Below are positions 52,283 through 59,609 of a stretch of 64,000 nt of DNA, one piece after another. The notes beneath the pieces were generated by a model. The model was not told where the DNA came from, ran no database searches, and saw only the letters and a program-made list of their open reading frames with translations. Each line of letters starts with the position of its first letter. The first letter of the stretch is position 1. This DNA is from an uncultured Saprospiraceae bacterium (GTDB lineage: Bacteria; Bacteroidota; Bacteroidia; Chitinophagales; Saprospiraceae), in assembly GCA_964436125.1 (NCBI GenBank), contig CAYTBT010000003.1, forward strand, positions 68,878 to 132,877. The letters are read 5' to 3'. Made by a program: the position numbers and the translations under genes.

Positions 52283-52335
52283 GAGAATAATGTGGCCTCG
52301 CTAAGGTCATTTCATCCCTTTATGCCTGTGCTTAG
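52283..52335. repeat. Degenerate third copy of REP unit A
   Basis: gagaataatgtggcctcgctaaggtcatttcatccctttatgcctgtgcttag aligns to unit A with several substitutions. Confidence 0.7.
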
Positions 52336-52825
52336 TATAATCGGCTCACCCACGAGGCCAATGCAGGCTTACCGATTCTTTTCTACCGGTTCAAGGGATC
52401 GCTAAACTTGAAATGCGAAGCATTGAAAGATTGGTGAGCCCGGTTTTCTGAAAACAAACCACCCCGTCCGCCAGAGGCGGACACCCCTCCAATGGAGGGG
52501 AATTTTTGGGCGTAAGATCTGTGTGAAATTCGCATTAAATTTGCCATAAATTTGCAATAATTTGCATGCTGTGTCGGGCTTTCAGCCCTTGCTGTCGTCT
52601 TATCTCTTGTTGGACTCAGCAATCCTTTGCCCACGCGCGTGGCTCGGCAGCTTACCGATTCCTTTCCCGTGTTCCACTTGTCACGATTTTTGGTCAAAAA
52701 TCCCGCCAAGTGTTGTTTTGGTGCATCTATACCCAGGGTTCCACATTTCGCAAGCTCAATGCTCACCCTGGGCTTTGTTCTGTCGGGCTTTCAGCCCTTC
52801 TTGGCGAGTGGTCGGGAGACAGTAA

Positions 52826-53022
52826 TTCTCAACTCTTCAACCCTTCAACTCTTCAACTTTACGACTTTACAACTTCACGACTTAGCAACTTTGCCATAAG
52901 AGTACCCAACAAAATATTTAAGGTACTCAGCCAAGGGCTAAAGGCAGCCCTGACTTACGACTTACGCCTTACGACTTTTTACTTATTCCTGCGGCGTAGC
53001 CGCCACCAGTTACGAGTTACGA
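52826..53022. repeat. Second mosaic oligo-repeat array, homologous to modules of 48211-49150
   Basis: It contains ctcaactcttcaacccttcaactcttcaactttacgac. In addition, 52952-53022 (gacttacgacttacgccttacgactttttacttattcctgcggcgtagccgccaccagttacgagttacga) aligns to 49048-49113. Confidence 0.85.
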
Positions 53023-54018
53023 TATACCTTCAATTCTTACCGGGTATCGCGTATTGTATGAAAATATGCCGGCCTTCATCCTGCTGAAAAGGTATTGCCT
53101 TTGTTCTTTTCTTATGCGGGATCTGAATTCTGCTTTATTGACATCGGCTTGAATTTCCGTGGGTGGATATTGAAGAGCTTTCATGATTTCGGGGATGGTG
53201 GAATATTTCAATGTATTCTCTATCCGATATTCTTCAGCTATTGCAAATGAATGTATCGCAGCAATAATCTGTGCTTGGATTTCCGGTGGAGCTTCATAGA
53301 ATTTATTGACCGCAGCTTGCCCAATGGAACTATTTTCGGCATATGTCCAGCCTTCCATCTGAATTTCCTCAGAATTATCGGCATCAACATTTACCATATC
53401 CTCGATGTAATCAAGCTCATACACTGCAAGGAAATCGGTCATAACTTCTACAGGAGACTGAACAAGTTCTTCATAGCTGATGATATTAACATTATCAAGG
53501 GACAAAATATGTGCATTCGCCAGCAAATAAGATGCTGTAGCCCAATACAGGCTCATACCACGTCTCAGCATGGAATAAATCGTATCGTAGGGATTCCTTA
53601 CAATGCCGGCCAGTTGAGGTGCCTTAAAATATTTCTTCATCAGCGGAAAGCAGAAAGCATTGGCCGGAGTCTTCTCCACCCAATGTATTTTCCCCTTCAT
53701 CGCAGCCATTGTGTTAAAATACATCTCCGCGAATGTTTCCAGGCTGTGATATTCAGCTAAAATTCGTTTATCCAGATTTAGTGCCGCAAAATCAAGACTT
53801 AACTTCGGTTGAACGTAGAAGCGCATATCTTTAAAACCGCTGATAATAGCCGGCAAGTCGGAATTAATTTTGCGCTTTTTCCTTTCCCAGTCGTAATACA
53901 ATTCGGGATAAATAAAAAGATTGCTCTCCGGTCCACAATAGATATCCGGATGCCGGTTAAGAATCTGGCACAATAAAGAACTGCCCGTACTGGGTGAGCA
54001 AGCAACAATGAGTTTCAT
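53017..54018 (-). CDS. Sulfotransferase family protein
   Basis: 333 aa. The N-terminal PAPS 5'-phosphosulfate-binding loop reads CSPSTGSSLL, followed by a downstream R..YDTIYS region. Confidence 0.7.
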   Translation of the reverse strand: MKLIVACSPSTGSSLLCQILNRHPDIYCGPESNLFIYPELYYDWERKKRKINSDLPAIISGFKDMRFYVQPKLSLDFAALNLDKRILAEYHSLETFAEMYFNTMAAMKGKIHWVEKTPANAFCFPLMKKYFKAPQLAGIVRNPYDTIYSMLRRGMSLYWATASYLLANAHILSLDNVNIISYEELVQSPVEVMTDFLAVYELDYIEDMVNVDADNSEEIQMEGWTYAENSSIGQAAVNKFYEAPPEIQAQIIAAIHSFAIAEEYRIENTLKYSTIPEIMKALQYPPTEIQADVNKAEFRSRIRKEQRQYLFSRMKAGIFSYNTRYPVRIEGIS

Positions 54019-54654
54019 AATAGACTATCACGGATTAAAACAGGCGCAGAAGATAGGAAAATTTATTGGAAAGGAGCTTTTCGGCTGATGAATTAAGTCA
54101 GGATACTGATTAGGTCGTTATTTCATTGAGGAAAGATGAAGAGCTTTCCTTATACCGGCAGCTCAAAGATACACCTGATAAAAGCTGTACAGGATTGCGC
54201 ATCTTGTATTTACAATGATAAAATTACCAATAAATATATCCAGAATACGCAATATTGTAATGTAAACATATACGATATGCGCAATAATGTGATTCTGTAT
54301 AAGCTATACAGTAGAAAGATTTTAGAAATAATTTGGCCAATAAGAGGAAATATTGTAGGATTGCGTATATTTGAGAGTTACCTGCAAGCCAAAAGAACGA
54401 GCAGACAATATTGAAATAACGGGAATGAATGAATTTTTATTTTTGCCAACACACATTTAAAACAATTTTTGCCCACCGCACAAATGGCACATTTGGTTTT
54501 TCCCAACGCTCAAGCCTATGCTTAAAAAACCAAAAGAGCCATTTTTTTCCAACGCTTCGACCATCAATTTGACAAAATACCATCAGACTCACAAAACAAA
54601 TAAAACAGGAAAGCGTTTAAACCGTATAAGAAAAAATAGTACTTTTACACAAGA

Positions 54655-55020
54655 ATGAAAAGACAGTATTACATATTATTCATTGTATTGTTGGGTTTCT
54701 TTTTGACACCAACACTGTCTTTTGCTTGTAGCAACCCTACAGAAAAAACGGAAAAAACCTGTTGCGAAAAGGAAAATCCGTCAGACCAAAAAAAGGACTG
54801 TTGCAAAACAGGACATTTGCAAAACAACGGCAATGGACACGATTGCGATGGAAATTGCACCCACTCTTTTTGCCAATGTCCGGGTTTTCACTGCGCTGTT
54901 GTGATTCCCACAATATCCAATAAGCACATACATTTTGCTTTGAAGCAAAACTTTTCTGATAAAGAAGCCTATATTTCTTCGGGCTTTTATTCCATTTGGA
55001 TACCCCCAAAAATAAGTTAA
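54655..55020 (+). CDS. Cys/His-rich lipoprotein, putative metal-binding (hypothetical)
   Basis: 121 aa with lipobox LSFAC|S. The mature N-terminal 60 aa carry 11 Cys and several His (CCEKE..CCKTGH..HDCDGNCTHSFCQCPGFHC). It is the first gene of the copper cluster. Confidence 0.5.
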   Translation: MKRQYYILFIVLLGFFLTPTLSFACSNPTEKTEKTCCEKENPSDQKKDCCKTGHLQNNGNGHDCDGNCTHSFCQCPGFHCAVVIPTISNKHIHFALKQNFSDKEAYISSGFYSIWIPPKIS

Positions 55021-55122
55021 ATTCCTATACGGACAGCCATAGGTACGTCCTTTTGTGAGCAAAATATGTTTTGCTTGCACTTTCTATTATCAAAATTTAC
55101 AGGAATTTAAAATTTAAAAAAA

Positions 55123-55674
55123 ATGAAGTCATATATTTTAATGGTAGCTTTTACCGCTACCACATTTGTTGCTTGTGGCAACAATCAAAAATCAAACGAA
55201 ACAGCGAATGTTGTGGAGCAAGTTTCAACAGAAACACAATATCAAAATGCAGGAATAGAGGAAGTAATCACTTATTATCTGAGTTTAAAAAATGCATTGA
55301 CATCCGATAATTCAGAAAAAGCTGCGAAAGCAGGCGGTAAGCTAAAAACTGCCTTGGTCAATCTTGGGAATCAAGAAATGACCAAAAAGCAACAAAAAGC
55401 TTATGACGACATTGCAGAAGCAGCGGAAGAAAATGCAGAGCATATTTCAGAAAACGGTGGAAAAATTGACCATCAGCGTGAGCACTTTCAGAGTTTGAGC
55501 GAAGGCATATATATCCTTGTCAAAGTCTTTGGAACTTCACAAACGCTGTACAAAGATTATTGCCCGATGAAAGAATCCATTTGGTTAAGCAAGACTAAGG
55601 ATATAAAAAATCCTTACTATGGCCAAAGTATGCTCTCTTGCGGAACGGTAAAAGAAACCATCAGCAAGGAATAA
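55123..55674 (+). CDS. DUF3347 domain lipoprotein (metal-resistance associated)
   Basis: Lipobox FVAC|G and the C-terminal pattern YCPM...WLS....I.NPYYG..ML.CG, recalled as the DUF3347 signature. Confidence 0.7.
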   Translation: MKSYILMVAFTATTFVACGNNQKSNETANVVEQVSTETQYQNAGIEEVITYYLSLKNALTSDNSEKAAKAGGKLKTALVNLGNQEMTKKQQKAYDDIAEAAEENAEHISENGGKIDHQREHFQSLSEGIYILVKVFGTSQTLYKDYCPMKESIWLSKTKDIKNPYYGQSMLSCGTVKETISKE

Positions 55675-55684
55675 TACCGGGAAA

Positions 55685-56176
55685 ATGAACAAACGTAAAA
55701 CCATTATCCTGATAGTGGTGGTTGCTTTTATCGTTATACAGTTTTTCAGACCTGACCGGAACAATTCCGGTCAGGTTTATGAAAAAGCTATAACGCAACT
55801 CTACCCCATTCCGGATAACGTCAATCTCATATTACAGCAGTCCTGCGTGAATTGCCATTCCAACAATACGGAATACCCTTGGTATGCCAAGGTGCAACCT
55901 GTTGGTTGGTTCCTGAACTACCATATCCGAAATGCAAAAGAGCAGTTAAACTTAGATGAATTTGCGGAATATTCTGAAAGGAAACGCATCAACAAATTAC
56001 GGTCAATAAGAGACCAGGTAAAGGACGGCGAAATGCCATTGTGGTCTTATACCCTGATGCACGAAGAAGCCAAATTATCCGAAACAGAAAAATCGTTGTT
56101 AGTCGATTGGCTGAATACAACGATAGACAGCCTTAAAACAATACAGCGAAACAAATATTTAAAATACTTAAAATGA
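55685..56176 (+). CDS. Haem-binding domain protein (CxxCH)
   Basis: An N-terminal TM helix, then CVNCHSNNTEYPWYAKVQPVGW, which is the pattern of the Haem_bd family. Confidence 0.7.
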   Translation: MNKRKTIILIVVVAFIVIQFFRPDRNNSGQVYEKAITQLYPIPDNVNLILQQSCVNCHSNNTEYPWYAKVQPVGWFLNYHIRNAKEQLNLDEFAEYSERKRINKLRSIRDQVKDGEMPLWSYTLMHEEAKLSETEKSLLVDWLNTTIDSLKTIQRNKYLKYLK

Positions 56177-58707
56177 AATATATAAAAATTATATCGACGT
56201 CAATTCTAATTTTGTTCATAGGCTATTCGGCTTTTGCGCAAGAATATGTTCCCGAGCAATTTAATCACGGGAACAATAAAACATACGAACCCTTCACAAA
56301 TTTTGCGGCACCTGTTGCCGAACCAACCCCATTGAACGCCCCTGTAAAATGCCCAATTTCCAATTTGGAAGAAAACGTTGCGACCAAAACCATAAAGGCA
56401 GCCAATGCGGGAATCCACTTTCCGAAAGGAACAAAAGGCGTGAAAACGGTACGTTATGATTTATATGTAACAGATACTATCGTAAATTACACAGGCAAAG
56501 AAAGGCACGGGATTGCCGTCAATGGCACTATTCCTGCGCCAACCTTGGTATTTACTGTTGGCGACACAGCGGTTATTTACGTGCATAACCGTTCCGACAA
56601 ACCAAGTTCTATTCATTGGCACGGTGTACAGTTGCAAAACCGTTTTGACGGTGTTCCTTACCTCACCCAACAACCTATACCGCCACATACTACCCATATT
56701 TACAAATTTGTCGTAGTGCAGTCAGGCACGTATTGGTATCACAGCCATTTTAAACTGCGAGAACAACTTGGCCTTTATGGTGCGCTTATATTCAACAAAA
56801 GAAATGAACCGGATATCCCTACTATTCCCATAGTTTTGAGCGAATGGAGCGATATAAAACCCAAACAAATCAACCGAATGTTGCACACAGGCAACGATTG
56901 GTTTGGCATAAAAAAAGGAAGCACTCAAAGCTATTGGGAAGCGATTAAAGCAGGAAAATTAGGCGTAAAGTTCGTCAACGAGTGGAAAAGAATGGAAGCA
57001 ATGGATGTGAGCGATGTGTACTATGACCGTTTTCTTTTGAACGGAAAAACTTCACAAACATTCTCTCAATTTAAAGCGGGCGAAAAAGTACGATTGCGGG
57101 TTGTGAACGGTGGCGCATCGTCCTATTTTTGGCTAACCTACAGCGGTGGCGAGATGATGGTGGTAGCCAATGACGGCAATGATGTCGTTCCGGTAATGGT
57201 TGACCGATTAATTATGGGGCCATCGGAAACCTACGATGTGGTTGTTACCATTCCCGAGAATATGCAATACGAATTTTTGGCAACGCCCGAAGACCGTACG
57301 GGTTCGGCTTCCCTTTGGTTGGGAAGCGGTATGAAAATGCCTGCAAAGGAACTGCCGCCTTTGAAATTATTTGAAGGAATGCAGATGATGAATCAGATGA
57401 TGAAAATGAATGGCGATATGAAACCGATGGGAATGGATATGACCTTACAGAAAATGGATATGAATTCTGTTATGTACCCTGAAATGGATAATAGTGGTAT
57501 GCATAATATGGAAAATATGGACGGAATGGAAGGGATGAATAATTCTCATCAACATAACAAAGAAACAACTGAAACTTATGTTTGTCCAATGCACCCCGAA
57601 GTAACATCCGACAAACCCGGTAAATGCCCGAAATGTGGAATGAAGTTGGTTAAAAAAGATGCGGATGGAAATATGGAAAATATGGATATGTCATCAGACA
57701 AAATAACGACATTGAATTATAATATGCTTAAAGCTACCCACAAAACCACATTGCCCGAAGGTCCTTGGAAAACTTTACATTTTGAATTGACAGGCAATAT
57801 GAACCGTTATGTTTGGTCTATTAACGGAAAAACCGTTGCAGAAACCGATAAAATCAAAATAAAACAAGGCGAAAACCTGCGTATTATTTTACACAACAAC
57901 ACGATGATGCGCCACCCGATGCACCTGCACGGACACGACTTTCGGTTGGTCAATCAATATGACGAATATTCACCAATGAAAAACGTGGTGGATATTATGC
58001 CAATGGAAACCGATACATTGGAATTTCACGCATCGGAAAGCGGAGATTGGTTTTTCCATTGCCATATTTTATATCATATGATGAGTGGTATGGGCAGGGT
58101 GTTCAGTTACCAAAACAGCCCAAACAACCCGGAAATCCCTAACCCACAAAAAGCGTACAAAAAACTACAAAGGGAAGCAAGTATGTATCATTTTATGTTT
58201 CAAAATGATTTTGCCACCAACGGAAATGACGGTATGATGATGTATGCCAATACACGTTGGGCATTTCAGGCAGAATGGCGGTTGGGATATAACGACCACC
58301 ACGGCTATGAAGTGGAAACACATTTTGGAAGGTACTTTGGCAAAAAGCAATGGATATTTCCTTATGTAGGCATTGATTGGCGTTATCGCAAAAATTCCGC
58401 ACAAGAAGAAAACCTTTTTGGACAAACAAGTACAAAAGACGACCGTAAAGTTTTTCACGTGGGTATTCAATATACTTTACCGTGGCTAATCGTTTTGGAT
58501 GCAAGTATAGACCACACAGGAAACGTAAGGGTAGAGTTGGAACGTGATGATATTCCGTTGACGGCAAGGACAAGAGCAATGTTTATGGTAAACACAGACA
58601 AAGAATGGATGATTGGTGGAAGGTATATTTTAACCCGATATTTTTCACTTTCAACTCATTATGACAGTGATATGGGATTTGGGGCAGGAATAACATTTAC
58701 CTACTAA
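56173..58707 (+). CDS. Multicopper oxidase (CopA-like) with a Met-rich insert, a CPxH...CPxCG metal-binding module and a C-terminal CopB-like outer-membrane domain
   Basis: The four MCO copper motifs are present: HWHG, WYHSH, HPMHLHGH and HCHILYHMMSGM. The Met-rich tract is at 57379-57545 and YVCPMHPEVTSDKPGKCPKCGM at 57576-57650. The last ~175 aa (from ~58183) resemble CopB/PcoB (WIFPYVGIDWRY...) and end ...GAGITFTY. Confidence 0.85.
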   Translation: MKYIKIISTSILILFIGYSAFAQEYVPEQFNHGNNKTYEPFTNFAAPVAEPTPLNAPVKCPISNLEENVATKTIKAANAGIHFPKGTKGVKTVRYDLYVTDTIVNYTGKERHGIAVNGTIPAPTLVFTVGDTAVIYVHNRSDKPSSIHWHGVQLQNRFDGVPYLTQQPIPPHTTHIYKFVVVQSGTYWYHSHFKLREQLGLYGALIFNKRNEPDIPTIPIVLSEWSDIKPKQINRMLHTGNDWFGIKKGSTQSYWEAIKAGKLGVKFVNEWKRMEAMDVSDVYYDRFLLNGKTSQTFSQFKAGEKVRLRVVNGGASSYFWLTYSGGEMMVVANDGNDVVPVMVDRLIMGPSETYDVVVTIPENMQYEFLATPEDRTGSASLWLGSGMKMPAKELPPLKLFEGMQMMNQMMKMNGDMKPMGMDMTLQKMDMNSVMYPEMDNSGMHNMENMDGMEGMNNSHQHNKETTETYVCPMHPEVTSDKPGKCPKCGMKLVKKDADGNMENMDMSSDKITTLNYNMLKATHKTTLPEGPWKTLHFELTGNMNRYVWSINGKTVAETDKIKIKQGENLRIILHNNTMMRHPMHLHGHDFRLVNQYDEYSPMKNVVDIMPMETDTLEFHASESGDWFFHCHILYHMMSGMGRVFSYQNSPNNPEIPNPQKAYKKLQREASMYHFMFQNDFATNGNDGMMMYANTRWAFQAEWRLGYNDHHGYEVETHFGRYFGKKQWIFPYVGIDWRYRKNSAQEENLFGQTSTKDDRKVFHVGIQYTLPWLIVLDASIDHTGNVRVELERDDIPLTARTRAMFMVNTDKEWMIGGRYILTRYFSLSTHYDSDMGFGAGITFTY

Positions 58708-58732
58708 ACGATAAAGGAACAAGCCCACACAA

Positions 58733-58798
58733 AAGGCACACACATTGCCAAGTCGCACCAGCCAGCGCACCGCCAAAACTTGGCAAAGAGTGTGCCTT
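58733..58798 (+). terminator. Long inverted repeat downstream of the oxidase gene (possible terminator)
   Basis: aaggcacac-aca-ttgccaagt [24-nt loop] acttggcaa-aga-gtgtgcctt, giving 9+9 bp around a 3-nt mismatch. No clear T-run follows. Confidence 0.35.
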
Positions 58799-58891
58799 CC
58801 CTTCCTAAGAAAAATTGTTTAAATTGCCAACGCTAAAAAATAAAAAATCTGATAGAACAACCACAACTGAATGATGGCCAGCAGGTAACAA

Positions 58892-59139
58892 CGGCTATGC
58901 GCCAGGCGGGAAACAGTCTTCGGTTGATAGATTACGGAAGCGAGAACGGTTTCGTTTTCAAAAGAACAATTCCGGGCAAAAGCCCCGCCCGGCGCATAGC
59001 CGCGGGACGATGTAGCACCATACGCTCCGCGTATGGCGCTACATCGTTCCGGTGGCTGCACCACCAGACGTACTTGTCCGCTCCGCGGACGGCGCACATC
59101 AGGTGGTTTTTCGAAATACCGCCTCGGTGCAAGCACCGG
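58892..59139. other. GC-rich multi-hairpin non-coding element (function unknown)
   Basis: Hand-verified stems are 58892-58910/58984-59002 (18 of 19 bp), 59005-59025/59029-59050 (21 bp), 59051-59065, 59076-59090, 59101-59124 and 59125-59138. By my count GC is about 65-70% over 58981-59100, against an AT-rich background. ORFs are open in several frames on both strands, as expected for stop-poor GC-rich DNA. Confidence 0.6.
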
Positions 59140-59240
59140 TCGGAACTTCGTAAAGCCACCGGAACGTTGTGTGCCATTGCTACAGAAAATACTCACCAAA
59201 TTAAAAGCTACTTTCTCAAAAGATTTATTTCCATTTCATT

Positions 59241-59270
59241 TTTGTAAACCAAAGTTTTTTTATAATTTTG
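59241..59270 (+). promoter_or_regulatory. Bacteroidota-type promoter (TTTG-N18-TAATTTTG) for the C-M-R operon
   Basis: TTTG lies at 59241-59244 and TAATTTTG at 59263-59270, 31 nt upstream of the HTH gene ATG. A GAC-N7-GTC dyad (59271-59283) sits between the box and the start. Confidence 0.55.
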
Positions 59271-59300
59271 GACATATTTAGTCTAAAACATTTTTGACCA

Positions 59301-59609
59301 ATGAAGACTTTGGGAACCATATTAAAATTAGCAAGGAAAGAAAGAAATCTAATCCTTAGGAAAGTTGCAGCAGAAGTGGACATCGACCAATCTTTGATTA
59401 GTAAATTCGAAAAGGACGAACGAAAGCCCACCGAAGAACAACTAAAACGACTTGCTACATTTTATAATATCCCCGAAAAAGAATTAACCATAAATTGGTA
59501 TTCAGATAAAATAGCAGATGAATTAAAATATGCTGAATCAACAGCAGAAATATTAAAGGTAGCAGAGGAAAAAATCCAATATTTTAAAGCAAGAGAAAAT
59601 GGAAAATAA
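59301..59609 (+). CDS. XRE-family HTH protein (candidate R-M controller, C protein)
   Basis: 102 aa with HTH LGTILKLARKERNLILRKVAAEVDIDQSLISKFEKDER. Its stop overlaps the methyltransferase start by 11 nt. Confidence 0.75.
   Translation: MKTLGTILKLARKERNLILRKVAAEVDIDQSLISKFEKDERKPTEEQLKRLATFYNIPEKELTINWYSDKIADELKYAESTAEILKVAEEKIQYFKARENGK

Noticed and set aside
52383-53087. ORFs 52383..52766 (-), 52562..52825, 52566..53087 and 52627..52899 (+)
   Set aside because: They are mutually overlapping frames across hairpin and oligo repeats, with Ser/Leu/Cys/Arg-rich low-complexity translations. The 173-aa ORF also runs into the 3' end of the sulfotransferase gene.
54136-54414. 92-aa plus-strand ORF between the sulfotransferase and the copper cluster
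   Set aside because: It is AT-rich with no signal, no family and no promoter box, and it contains small dyads (ctgtata-agc-tatacag). It is more likely regulatory or junction DNA.
58819-59281. Four overlapping ORFs (58819..59199 -, 58897..59247 +, 58932..59177 -, 59033..59281 +)
   Set aside because: They are open in several frames on both strands only because the segment is GC-rich and poor in stop codons. The Arg/Ala/Gly/Pro-rich translations mirror one another across the palindromes, so I treat the segment as a structured non-coding element.
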